Positions 37,849 to 50,400 of a DNA stretch of 64,000 nt are shown here, piece by piece (positions within the stretch are counted from its first letter, which is position 1; each line of letters opens with the position of its first letter). The stretch covers positions 1 through 64,000 of the forward strand of contig FLMG01001771.1 of the NCBI GenBank assembly GCA_900088475.1, written 5' to 3'. The position numbers and the translations under genes are program-made. Under the pieces are notes generated by a model that was not told where the DNA came from, did not search any database, and saw only the letters and a list, made by a program, of their open reading frames with translations. The DNA comes from Hyphochytrium catenoides (taxonomy: Eukaryota; Protista; Hyphochytriomycota).

Positions 37849-39045
37849 AAAGGTTAGCTTCGTCTCCTACAATCCTTGTCACCTCGTGCTACACCGTCCT
37901 CCCAACCTAGTAGCTCCACTATTTCACCTTAGGGGGAGATCGAGCGACTGACCGGCCATCGTTGACTCTACTGAAGCTTCAAACTGCGCCTCATACGCCG
38001 CAGCTCTGACAGTTCAAGATGACTTTGCCCTTCTGCCTTCTGCCTTACACCTCGGTGCTGCTGCCCTTCCTTGCTGTCCCGCCAATAGGTACGAGTCCTG
38101 AAGAACGTTACAAACACAGCAAGCCCTTCCACTGCCCCTGGGGGTGCTCTGTGGCAAGTGCATCTCCTCCCTCTCGCCTTCTCTCCTCGTTTATAGTATC
38201 CCTGTCTCTTTCGTCTCTCTCCCTAACTCTTTCTCTCACCTTCCGTGTCTGTTTCAGCCGTGTAACATTTTGGTTTATCGTGGAAACTAAAGGCCTTACC
38301 ATCTGCTGCGCTGCTTCATCATAATCGAAGTTGGGCCGCACTCTTCCTTGATTGAACTGTGAGAACGTGCTGCTAACTCGCGCTCGCACCGCTTCATTAC
38401 GTTCTGTCTCGGAAAAGGGTTGGTCGACTCTAGGTAGCTCTACAGTCGACGGGCAACGATGTGGAACAAACTGCAGGACTCCCTATCTTCTGTCTCTCGG
38501 AGTAGTCTCACGGAGAGGTATGGACGCGGATCTCAGCAGCTGCCCCAGCGCCCTAGATCCTCATCTCAGGGGCAAAGCACCTCAAACAAGCTCTTCAGAG
38601 TTGGTAGGTTGCTCTCTTTATAGTTCAAATCTGGGGAGACCTGATGGATTCTGTCCCAGCTCTAGCTGAGAAGGGTCTTGCAGATAATATAGATGCGGAT
38701 GTAGCGAAACTATCGCAGCCTTTGACGGACAAGCTCCGGACAAAGAATCAGATAGCAACAACCACCAGATCTCTGCAGGTACCGCTACATTGCTCGTTAC
38801 AGATTTAGTCCTGAACGTTAATTTGTGGCCTTTGTGTGCTATTTAGAAAGACGCAGTAGCGGCTCTGCAGGAGATCAACACGAAGTCTGCCCGTCTGTGC
38901 AGCGTGCAGGCACGGACAGTGACTGCCACGCTTTTTAAGGCTGGCCTCGACCCCTATTCCAGGGATGTGTCCAGGGGGAGGAACGAATAGTAGAGTAGCT
39001 CTGGGAAAGCGTATCTATTTATCTGTGTAGCAGACCTTCTGAACT

Positions 39046-40095
39046 TTAGTGGTAAACACTCTCAGAGTGGGTCTGCTGGTTGGATAGGCTGAGTACCAAC
39101 CTACAAAGAATGGTCTCCAGCTCTTCAACATCTATACTGACTACGGTGTGCTGTTTGAGGTTATTCTGTCTAAGATCGTCAATTTTCTCGGCACAGTCTT
39201 CAGTTGAAGCAGGCGATGTAACAGCAGCGTCACTTCGAAAGCCCTTGTAATAATCGAGAGCCCTTATCTCACCATGACTCGGTTCGCTATCTATAAGAAT
39301 AGGTTGTTTAGTGTCCACACCAGGCTTTAGAGCTGCGAGCGCAGTGACCACTGGCGGTGTGAGCACTTCATAAGAGAGAAGGTCGACGCATGCTCTGAGG
39401 ATCCAGAAGGCGTCTGACCGTTTGTCAAAGATATTCGAGACCGACCGTGCGACTGTTTTAAGCAGCCCAGGATCACTGGCTGCCCCTTTCCTCTTTGCAT
39501 TGACATTGATCTCCTGATACACGGTATAGAGTCTGTCCAACGGAAGAGAGCGCTGGTCCCATGGCAGGCCGTCAATTTCTGGGACGACGGGCCCTAGCTC
39601 TTCCACGGAGGTCGTACTCCATCTTAAATCTCCGCCAATACCGAACAGCAACGTGTCTTGGACGTCTGTGTCGTTTAAAATGTCTGTCGCTGGCACTAGG
39701 TCGTTGACCAGAGGGTAGCTGCTTCGTCCATGTGTAAAGGCCACCCTAATGTCTTCGCTGTTGGACACTTCCTGAGTTCTATCTGTAAGGTCGAGAAGCA
39801 GACAGACTCTCTCCACGAGCTCAAAACTCTCGTCCAATCGTCTCTGCGTAGCTTCCCATTTATCCCGCTGGGAAGGCAAGAGATTCAGGATGAGCTTCCA
39901 GACTATAGGCCGATAGCTTGAGGGGACACCGAACTGCAGCGCAAGCTTTATAAGATACGAAATATTCACTACATCCTCCTCAAGCAACTGAGAAAAGGAA
40001 GCTTGAATGTCGTGGGCCGATCCAACCTTAACACCGAGAGTCTCATAGTAGGCCTTTCGGAAGTTCCGAGGAGGTTGAGGAAGCTGCGGCCTCAT
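39046..40095 (-). CDS. TBC1D7: TBC1D7-like protein (TSC-complex subunit family); 3' end uncertain
   Basis: N-terminus RNFRKAYYETLGV..LLEEDVVNISYLIKLALQFGVPSSYRPIVWKLILNLLP matches the TBC1D7 N-terminal signature; later DAFWIL. A possible donor near 39100 suggests further exons I could not resolve. Confidence 0.7.
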   Translation of the reverse strand: MRPQLPQPPRNFRKAYYETLGVKVGSAHDIQASFSQLLEEDVVNISYLIKLALQFGVPSSYRPIVWKLILNLLPSQRDKWEATQRRLDESFELVERVCLLLDLTDRTQEVSNSEDIRVAFTHGRSSYPLVNDLVPATDILNDTDVQDTLLFGIGGDLRWSTTSVEELGPVVPEIDGLPWDQRSLPLDRLYTVYQEINVNAKRKGAASDPGLLKTVARSVSNIFDKRSDAFWILRACVDLLSYEVLTPPVVTALAALKPGVDTKQPILIDSEPSHGEIRALDYYKGFRSDAAVTSPASTEDCAEKIDDLRQNNLKQHTVVSIDVEELETILCRLVLSLSNQQTHSESVYH

Positions 40096-40883
40096 CTCCA
40101 ACAGAGTGGCCCTACTTGGGGCCCAGTGAGCCTGACCGAGTCCCAGACAACAGATGGCACGAACACGACATCGATCCGTAGCTGCGGACGTCTACTCCTC
40201 ACCTCTCATCTTCTCCAACCCGGGCATTCCTTCTTTCGAAATCACAATTCCTTTTCTGCAACTAGCTGTGTAGGGTTAGGATACAGATGTACGCAGCGCG
40301 TCGACATAAAAGTAGCTACACATCTCCAAGAAGCCCCTACATGAGCAACATGCGATCTGTCGCCTGAGAGCCAGCGACAATCATGTTGGGCCGTAGCCTT
40401 CTTGCTGCACTTGCGTGCGAAGCTCCGCTGCGGATGGAGTTCTCAATGACATTTCTGCAGCTTTTTGACAGATCATCAAGTGGGTGAGCGACCCCTTATC
40501 GATTAATCTATGAAAACTGCCATCGATAATCTATATCAGAGATAACGTAGATCACTTGATGTGATTTTTATAGAACATCAGTGATTCTTCGCGTTACAAC
40601 TTCCATCATCAGAGTGAAAGGAAACTTCGTCGCCTCGATCAACGCAGCCACCGCTCCTTTCAACACCTTTGAGAGAAAATTACCAAGAACAGCCCGTCAG
40701 CCGTCACCCCCGATAGATTCCTCCCGCTCGCTCCGAGCAGCATAAGCTCCTTGAGAAGATTCAAGCCCGGGAGCAACAACATCCAGGCGCAAAGTCTGGT
40801 GCAGCCTTATTACATCCGCTCTTTCGCGTTCTTCTGCCGTTGATCGGCCAGGTTAGACTGGAGGGGCAATTCAAAAGACCAGC

Positions 40884-43800
40884 ATGAACCCTTTGCAGCC
40901 TGGGCACCCTCATGCCCCCACAGTGCCCAACATACCTGCCGTTGCAGTGGGACCCCTCCCTCGCGGTATCATGTCCACCATGCCTGGCGCCTTTCCGCGA
41001 CCACCGGCCATGCGTGGCAGAGAATATGAGAGTATTTTGCAGCAACTCGCCCATGCCAACACAAACCTCAGCAAGAGTATGACACTATGCAACAACTTAC
41101 GCACGGAGAATGATCATATGAAGAGAAGTTGTGAGAAGGCAAGGTTGCACTGATTTACGTCGTCGCAGGGCTGGTCCTAATGCGCTAGAACAGGCAAAAG
41201 CTGAGTTAGCAAGATGTAAAGAGAAGAACTCGAGACTGAAGCAGCAGTTGCACGAAGAAGTTGAAATGAGGGTAACACTGAGCTGCCGCGCAGCACTGTT
41301 CTGTCTGATTTTTTCTTCTACAGGAAGCTACTTCTATGATATTTTGCGTACTTCCTGGTAGGCTGTTCTGCTCTTCGTTTTGCACTGCCATTTTCTCAAT
41401 TCGCTTTCCCAGATCCAGCAGGAAGAGCAGCATGAAGTGATCATCAAGCGCTGGAATGAGAGACTGATGGAAAAGGCAAAGGACTTTGAGGTAACCTCTG
41501 TGGCGGAGCCTCCACATAAACTCTTTCCGACTTCGGCATAAGACTCCGCGTCTCTTCGCAACTTTCGTTTTCTCGCTTTCCCAGAAGAAACCCTAGAGCT
41601 CTTCTTTTCTACAATGCATGGCTGAGTGTACCGTACTCTCCTCCTTTTTACTTAGCTATTAAGGGATCAGTTAGAAAGCAGTAAAGAGCGAGAACGAGAC
41701 GCTGGACGGGAAAAGAGTCCGAAAGAGAAGGAGTATGAGGATAAAATCAAAGAACTCCTTGGAGAGGTAAGCAGAACATCNNNNNNNNNNNNNNNNNNNN
41801 NNAACCTTCACACTAAAGCGAGAAGCGGAAGTGGCCAAGACAGAACTCAGGCAGTCGGTTGTCCATCTGGTAAAAGCAGAGATAAAAGAAAGAGAGGAGA
41901 ATACGTCAAGGGATAGAAAGCAGTGGGAGCTACGAGAGGAGAAGTATTGGTGCCAGCCCGCAAGTGCTGCATTTTCCCACCAGCTTTCTCATTATCCTGC
42001 TCTGCCTCACAATCTTTGTCCCTCTCTTCGCTTCTCCCTTTCTTTTTACTTCTCGTATTCATTATCAGTCTAATCACATTCTTGCTCCTGTTTATCACCT
42101 AAAGGAGTCACAGATTGAGGCCCTGAGAGCACGCCACAAATCAGAAGTTACTGGATTGAAAAAGACAATCCTCTCTACTGAGAGAGGCGCCATAACCACA
42201 TTGCATGACTCCTCCTTGCGTGCCTTGAGAAGAGAAAAGGAGACTTTGGAGCAAGAGGGACATATTCTCCGACAAGAAGTTGAGGTGCAGTAGGCTTTCG
42301 TGCTGAAGATGCTTCTCCTTGGGTCAAACACTAGGATTGCTGACTTTATCGTTTATATCACCAAAGCCCTGTAGACTAAACCTTGTGGATTGGTCCATCT
42401 GGTGTGGGCCGACCTGCTCCTATTGCTCCGCTGCTTCTGCTTGTACTAGTTTTCGCTCGTAGTTTGGCTGTTCCGTGTTTCCATCCTCTTGGCGGCTGTT
42501 CAGTGTTCCCACCCTCTTGGCCCCTATAGGCATTACATAAGGAGCTGCAGTCAGTACGTGCAAAAGAGGAAGAAAGACAAAGCTCGGTTGTACAAAAGCC
42601 ACTGCTTGAATTGGAGGCTCTCAATGCCAAGCTTCTAGCAGACATTAAAGGACTGGAAAGGCACCACCGGACCTGTGAGTTACCGAATGCGATCGTAGTG
42701 CTAAGGACTCCTCCTCGTCATCCCAGTCCTAGTAGACTCATCTAAACAGCTCCACTAGCATTTTCGTGTCGCCTACCCTTACCGCCCACGTCGTCATATA
42801 GGCCCTTCTTTTTAGGGCGTTCAACTTCCTCCTTTAGCCTCTCATGTTTGAACCTTTGCCCCGTACCGCTTCTGCAGTGACCTCTGAAGCCGCCGCCCTT
42901 CGTGCGGATCGAGCCAATAGTGCACGACAAGCATCCGAGCTCTCAGAGGAATGTGAGCGTTTGAGAAAGCTGCTTCAGTTAAAAGACCAGGCCCTTATGG
43001 ATACCAAAGGGACTTCACACAGCAGGTACCACTGTCGGATTGAACTGTTACCACTTACCTTTGACTTCTCTGGTTCTTTTCCTGCTTGTGCTCTCCCCAT
43101 TTGTTGATTAACAGCACCCAGCTAAATCATTGTATACCACTTTTAGGCTNNNNNNNNNNNNNNNNNNNNNNNNNNNNNNNNNNNNNNNNNNNNNNNNNNN
43201 NNNNNNNNNNNNNNNNNNNNNNNNNNNNNNNNNNNNNNNNNNNNNNGTTTAGGCTATTTGACGGCCTACAAGATAGCCCTTTCCGTTAAATGCTCGATCC
43301 CGTCTTCATCTACCTATCATGAGGGTTTCTGTTGGTACTCTATTGTCCTCTATTAATCTAACTCTGCTTCCTAGAGTAAAATCGCGTACTTCACGTCGCG
43401 TGTTGGAGAGCTCGAAAGGGCTCTGCAGACGCAGCATGAAGCTGCTTCAGAGAGGCTCAGGGAGGAGCAAGAAGGGATACGGTCAGGGGATGAGAAGCAT
43501 GAAGCAGCGCGCAGAGCACTCGAAGGAGAGAACGCGGAGCTACAACGGGAGGTAAGCCAGAAAGAGGGCTTGATAGAGAGATAGGCCAAGGAATAGCAGT
43601 GGTCACTGCCTTCAAAAGCCTGCCGCAGAACTTTGTGCGTTAAGAAAGAGGCTAGGAAGCTAAGTGGTCAACAAGACAAGTAAACCCTCTCTAGTGAGAC
43701 GCCGGTTTCAGGACATACAGGCCAAGTGGAAAGACTTTGCCTTGTGACACCCGGTTTTTCGTCAATATCCTTCCTGCGTAGATCTCCTCACTGCGGAAGA

Positions 43801-45449
43801 CCATTCAGCAGAAAATGACCTCTCACGAGGCAGCTGCTCAGAGGATGCGGAAGGAGATAGACCTCAGCACAAGCGACAAACGCAGGCTAGAGAGAGAGAA
43901 GGAAGTGCTGCACCAAAGGTTGAGCCACACGCAAGAACAGGTAAGCGGTAAGAGCTAGAGCTCGGTCATTCAAGGATGTTAAATAGATCGGACCATGGCG
44001 ATGACCCAAGCTTTAGAGGTATGGTTAATCCTCGACGAGACGTCTAATATGGTCACGCGTATAGTTGACGCAGCTCAAGAGCGACCACTCCTCCTTGAAG
44101 ACAAAAGCCACTGATCTTGATCAGCAACTGTCTAATGCGAAAAAGAGTCAAGGGTAAGTGGCGCTCTACATCTGCAACCTCTTCTCCTGCTCTCTCCATT
44201 ACCTCCTCTGCATCTTCCGGTTTGTAGAGTACGTACCTCGTAACCCTCATATACTCTCGTGACTGTGTAATCCTTGACTCTTGTCTGAAAGATATCCTCT
44301 GCCACAGGGAGACAGAAGCCAAACTCAGGGCAGCAGAGCAGCAACTGGAGCAGTTGAGACTACGCTGTCAGTCCTCAAAAGACCAGCTTCAGCATGTTAA
44401 GCAAGGGTCAGAGAGCAACAGAGTTATGCATGAATCCATTATCCAAGAATTACAGGTTAGGGGCTGCTCTAGCCTTCTTTTACCCGCTACCAATTGTTTT
44501 CTTCATAACGCTTCTACCTCCCTCTGGTCATCTCATCGCATCGCGGTTCACTTTGTTCTTTCCCTGCCCATCTTCACCTCACGATAGCTAGTCCTCAACC
44601 GCTTGCTTGGCGTTTGTGTCCGTCAGGCTCACCTTACCCAACACCAGCAGCAGTCAGAGTTGCGTCAGGCTGCTGTGGACCAGCAGATGGAACAACAGAG
44701 ACAAGAGGCGCAGGTCGTTTGCCTATCACCGGAGGGGTGGGCAACATTATGGCAGCTGAAAGATAGATAGACAGATAGATAGATAGACAGAAACAGCCAG
44801 ACTCTAGGGAGAGAGGGAACAGACACCACATCTGTAGGGAGCAAAGTGCAGTGGAAGGAATCCTTGGGACAGCACTTCCTCTCTTACTTTCGTATTCAAC
44901 ACGCAGGCACAACTAAACGCTGCGATCGAGAAAGTCTCGAGGTATAAGTCAAAGCTGCTGGCTCTGTACCAAAAGAACCAGAGAGTCAAGGAGCAGCTCG
45001 CCCAGTCTACAATTGTGAATCATTCGCTCAAGCAAAGCAGGCCCAGCTTGGATTTGGACGGAATAGCGCGGAAACTAGACCAGGTTGCTTTGTCCTTCCC
45101 ACTGCCTTTCTTACCCCTGCGACACCTTTGATTACTAGCTGATTTCCCCTTTTCCTCTTCCCGATTTCATCCTTCTTCATCCTCCTGTCCGAGTTCATAA
45201 CATATCAAGGGTATCTTGGCAGAAGTGTGTCCTTAGCTGGTGCCCCTCCTACATTCTCTATCACTAAGAATTGCTTTATTTTAGCTCAATGCAGACGGAA
45301 GCATATCCAATTTTTCTGTCCTCGATTCTCCCTCTCGACTGGGTAGTCCAAGTCGCTTTGGACTTGCGCCAGATAGCCTGCTTAGAAGCCCCAGAAGAGC
45401 CTCGGATCTTTATAGTTTGAGGACCCCAGAAGAACGGGAAGAAAAATAA
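40884..45449 (+). CDS. Long coiled-coil centriolar-type protein, CEP83/CCDC41-like; multi-exon, spans two assembly gaps
   Basis: Spliced exons give continuous heptad-rich sequence (RWNERLMEKAKDFELLRDQL; KVSRYKSKLLALYQKNQRVKEQL); final exon ends EEREEK-TAA at 45447-45449. CEP83 identity is tentative. Confidence 0.6.
41781..41802. other. Assembly gap (N run)
   Basis: 22 N. Confidence 1.
43150..43246. other. Assembly gap (N run)
   Basis: Run of N. Confidence 1.
44761..44790. repeat. Intronic (AGAT/AGAC)n microsatellite
   Basis: agatagatagacagatagatagatagacag. Confidence 0.85.
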
Positions 45450-46045
45450 ATGGATGCGAGGAAATGCAGAACCTCCCAGAAGATAGAACCTAGGCTCGCC
45501 GAAGCTAAGCCTAAAGGATGCAGAGAGACGGCAGAAGCATTCCAATGGGGAGAAGGCTAGTAGGCTGAGCCAAGAAGACGAACTGCGCTGCTAAGCTAAA
45601 AGACAGGTCCTGGGAACTGAGAAGAAGAATGTAGAGTACCTTTCATAAAGGGGACAGCGAAAGGACATAAGAAGCGGTGCACGATAAAAGAGCAGTACAC
45701 CAAGGAGACTGCCTAGAAAGGGCGAGAGTTGGGAGGCAGAATAAGGCTTGTAGCTTGTTATCACCGGTCGAGAGCTTAATATTTATACTCGTGAAGGAAG
45801 CTGCATCGTTGGTGATGCCTAAACTCCTTCCCGCTTTCGCAGAGCAGAGCAAGAACAAGCACGACGGAAGTGGCATGATGCTCGACTGATGAGACTCTTA
45901 CTCCGCTCACTGCCATATTCCGCTTTTTCATACATATGCCTCTCCTTGTCACATTCTTAACAAAAGGACTCAGTGCGAATTTCTGGTCCGCTTCAGCGGC
46001 ATCCTGTTCAAACCCTTGTTCGACCAGACCCTCTTCCGTCAGCTC

Positions 46046-46306
46046 TTAACCTTGGTTCTCCTGCTGGTACTCTGCAAAGCGCACACCCACTCGCTGGGAA
46101 TGCTTTAGAAACTTGTCAGCGCAGTGGCTGACGCAAGAATCCTCCTTGTCCTCCAGCTTCTTGGAGCGGAAGCTTTTGACGCATTCATCGAAGCACTTCT
46201 CGACAACACGATTGTACATGAGCAGAGAGTCCTTTATCTGCGCGGTCTCCAGATGCCGCATAAACTCGGCCTTCTGTTTATCGGGAAGCGATGCAACCAT
46301 ATTCAT
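46046..46306 (-). CDS. TIM9: Mitochondrial intermembrane-space small Tim chaperone Tim9
   Basis: Twin CX3C (CFDEC, CVSHC), QIKDSLLMYN..FLKHSQRVGVRFAE; single exon. Confidence 0.95.
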   Translation of the reverse strand: MNMVASLPDKQKAEFMRHLETAQIKDSLLMYNRVVEKCFDECVKSFRSKKLEDKEDSCVSHCADKFLKHSQRVGVRFAEYQQENQG

Positions 46307-47419
46307 CTTGCCTTAAGACGAAGAGGATTGACGAGAACGATCGTGCTTCCTGTCATGAAAAGAGAACAAGTAATAAGCCTTCGCTCATTGCTGTCCATCA
46401 ATGAACAGCAGGGACTCAACTAGGCCCATAGAAGCTTACCTGGACTACCGTCTGCCAACGAGAAGATGCTTCTAGCAAGGAAATGTGCCTTTCTGGACGC
46501 TCTGCTGTAGGTCTTAAGACACACTGATGGTCGAGTGAGAAGCTGTCGAGTCGAGAACTCAATAACCATCATCCGCAGACTCCGCAGACAGAACATAAAA
46601 CCCGATTTCAGGAAAACCAATCATTAGAACCATCTGTTTCTAATAAGTGACAAGAAAGTACAATAGATTCTAAACCAAGCTCATCTAGACGTGTTTTATC
46701 AGGAACGACGAAGGCTTTAACTGTGATCAGAGAGACAGAGCGATCTGACGGATAGAGCTCCTCTTTTCGCCAAGTAGCTGTGTCTCTTCTTGGTCATTGA
46801 GTTTCTCTCCTGGTCCACAGAAATCTCGTGTCTCAATCTTCGCCGTTTGGGCCCCAAAAGGCGATAGATGTTGCCCATGCTATGCATTCTGGGAAACTTC
46901 GCTTGAGGCAAGCTGCAGAAGCTGCCTAAAGATAGGGAACTTCTGCATTAGCAGGCCTTCTATCACCTGACTTCAGAGTGAGCTTCTACCTGCAGAAATA
47001 CTTTTATAGAGTAGAACGTCTGCGAGAAGGCGGCTCCTTCTCGGAGCTCTGAAGAGCACCTTATTAGACTGCCCTTGAATTTTGCCTAAGCGCGAGTGAG
47101 ATTGTCAATTGATGGCGTTCCTCCTCGCACTGAAATCCATAGAAAGATCGACGGTTTGACGACAAAGCGGAGGGAAAAGAGCCGACTCAGGTGCTTACAC
47201 ATCATAAATAAAATACTAAATGTTAGTGTCGCTACCCTGGTCAGACGCTCACTCTCTTCTTACATTCTCTCTCTTCCGAAGGGTCCGTGGTTAGCACTCC
47301 AGAAATTCTGAAGTAATATTGTCGCCTTCACCACCTATCTTCCTCATAATCTGTCGTTCCGCTAATCTAATTTGCGCTGGCAGTTCATACCACTCCTGCG
47401 CCTCTCCACTGTCTTGGGC

Positions 47420-50400
47420 TTAATTTACCTTCCTTACGCTCACAGGGCATGAGGAATAGATCAGCATCTCCAGTTCGCCCTCCTCCGGGTTAAATGTAGA
47501 GGGCAGCAAGCAATAGAGTCCGGGCTCTAGACTTACAGTCGGCGTCACGACCCCCGACACAGTATTGACGTACACACCTTGATTTGATGTGCAGCCAGCG
47601 TATGCAGCGTTCGGGTTAGTGCTTGGGCTCAAGGAGCACCCCGCAGAGGTCTGATATAGGGAGATATTCATGGCTGGGTAAGGTTTCCCCGATAGCCAGC
47701 GCAGGCGGACGAAAAGAGCGCACCTAGAACAACGGGAGACAACAGACAAAAACAAGAAAGGGATTCAAGGGTGAGTCAGGGCCACCAGGTCGAAAGGATC
47801 AATAGATGAAAGGGAGAACTGCTAAGCCAGAGGAAGACAAGTACTTCAGGAAGTCCATGGATTAGGCGAGCAGCCATAAGGAGAGTCAGCAGGGTGAACG
47901 CCAGCGTGCCAGCAGGCCGTGGAGAAAGCAGGGTTGTGGCACTCACTTGCTGATCACTTCTAACAAATACTTAGGGTTCCTTCTATATTTGCCGTGGTTG
48001 TTGCAGCCCGCAGCTGTCCCTTCCGCGTGGCTCCAAGCTCCCTTCACAGTCTGCTCTATCATCCCCTCGCCTTCAGGAGGGACAGGGCGTAGCTGATGGG
48101 GCTTAGAAGTGCAAACAGTGAGCTTGAAGTCGCCACAGCTACCTGCTCACGAACCGAATGGTGCAAAATGAAGGACGGAAACGCCAGAAAGCAGTATAAG
48201 GCCAAGGGTTAGAATAGGATCAGGGGTGCAAGGCTTAAGGATAGAAGAAATAAACCGGGTAGAGCCGCTGAAAAAGCTATAACAGCACCACAGAAGGCGC
48301 GGAGAATGGACATATAGCCATGAAATGGGTGAGGAAAACCTCTTTGAGTTTGCCTTTACTTGCAGAACAGTACCTTTCTCAAAAGTAGAAGGGATGATGC
48401 AATACACTCCCGGGGCCAGGGTATCCTTCTCTAAGTAGCAGAAGCCACTGCGATAGTCCCCCGAAGATGTCTCCTCACCGCTCAGGGCAACTGAGGCGAC
48501 CCTTCCACTGCTGCGCACCACCCGGACGTTGATCGGAAATTGAAGAGGGCCGTCTAAGAACACGAGGAGGGCCGTTTCTTGCTCCAGTGTAAGGAGCCAC
48601 TGGGGATTGTGGAGGAAGCTAGGAAAACGGGGGTTGCCACCTACGCCAGAGGTCGGAATAACGAAGTAAAGAAAGCAAGGAAAAGAGCCCAAGAAAGAGG
48701 TATCAGCCATACGTTAGAGAATTGTCCCCGCATAACGGTCACCTAGATGTAGCATAACTAAAGAGGGACTCTGTTACAAATATGGGCAGACCTAGCCAAC
48801 TCTCCACAACAGTAACATAGAAGCGAGTAACATGTTCCTCAATGTGTTCGCCACGCACCAGCTGTCTTTTGGTCCCATGCCCCGCCGAGTGATGTCTTAA
48901 AGGGCAATCCTTCCTCTGTCTCTTTCATGGTAAACGGGCATGTGGAGAATATGTCAAGAGTGTAGTCTATTGGCCTGAGTTTCTCATACTGGGAAACCAC
49001 CAACGAGTAACACGACACGCCAGGTGGGGGATCTATGCGCATCAAGACGTGTGGGTTGTTGCTATAGACGCCACGAAGTAGAGCATCCTGAGGATAGATG
49101 ACTCGCTTTCCTTCCCTCCCTACACAGCGATATAATGAGTTAAGGAAGAGAGCCTGGGAGTCAGAAAAACCGACACCAAGAGGAGGCGTAGGAATGAGCA
49201 TATCCACGAAGAGGAAAAACAAACTCCTCCTACGGCTGAGCTAGAGGTTAGCATAAAACAGAATCCTAGGTGCGGGCTAGGAAGAAGGCACCACAGTGAG
49301 ATTGGCAGCAGCAGGAAAGCAAGCCACATCCGTAAGAAAGTAAGGTGCAGAACGCATCAACTCCTTGGGGCGAATAGGGCTAGTCGTGATGTTACCTTTG
49401 TAGACGTGAAGCGTTAAAAAGTCTTGTTCTACCACTTGCTCCTTACTGCACGTATGTCGGGTCAGTAGTGCCCACACTGAACCCCCGACTTCTGCTGCAT
49501 CTCCCTTCTCCTCTGGTTTTACAGCGCTGTTCTTCTTTATCTCCTCAGCGTTAACAGTTAGAGTGTATTGAGGATTGTACGCGACAGTGTAGGCGTCGTT
49601 TTCCGGTCCAATAGTCACTGGCCAATGCCTGTGTATTACTGTGCGAAAGGGAAAGAGCTCTGGATTCCAGTTCATGAAAAGCCCACGGAAGTACCGCTTA
49701 ACCGACTCAAAGTCAATCCAGAAGATGCCATTGTCATCTGTGAGGGCTAATTGCTGCGGAAGAAGCGTGAAGAGAGATTAGTGAGCGGTGCATGTCTGCC
49801 ATCGTAGACAATTCAGCAGGTGCATCGAGGGATTCTTCAGTATCAGCGAATGAACCTAACAGTGTCCACTACAGTACACAGCATTGACCGCTACATTGAG
49901 AACTGTTGACAATTTGCTTACCGGATCATACTGAAGTTCCTGCAAGAGCTTTGGCGTCCAATTAGAGTAATCCGAAGCTGAGTATGGGCCTCGCCACCGG
50001 ACCCGGCTCCAAGGATTCTTTACCTGTCCAAGCATCGAGCACTTTAGTCGGACCTACCAGACGGGACAAGCGAGTACTAGCACAGACGCACTCCAATTGG
50101 CTCTAATCACGACCAGCCCACAGTCATGCAAGGACGAGAGGCATGCGGTGCCCACCTGTAGTAGGCGCACGCCACAAGCTTCTCTAACATCCAGCACCGC
50201 GTAAGCGTGCGACTCCACAAGACCTAGCCTATGTGCCTAGAACAAAGCGGAATATAGCGGTGTAGAGAGAAAAGACTAGTTTAGTCAACTGCATGACGGA
50301 GGTAAGGCAACGCCCGGACAATTGACAGGCTCCACTGCGGAAATCGAAGCGACTTGATAGGAAGATGGAAAGTGAGATATCTACGACAGTCCAGTGAGAT

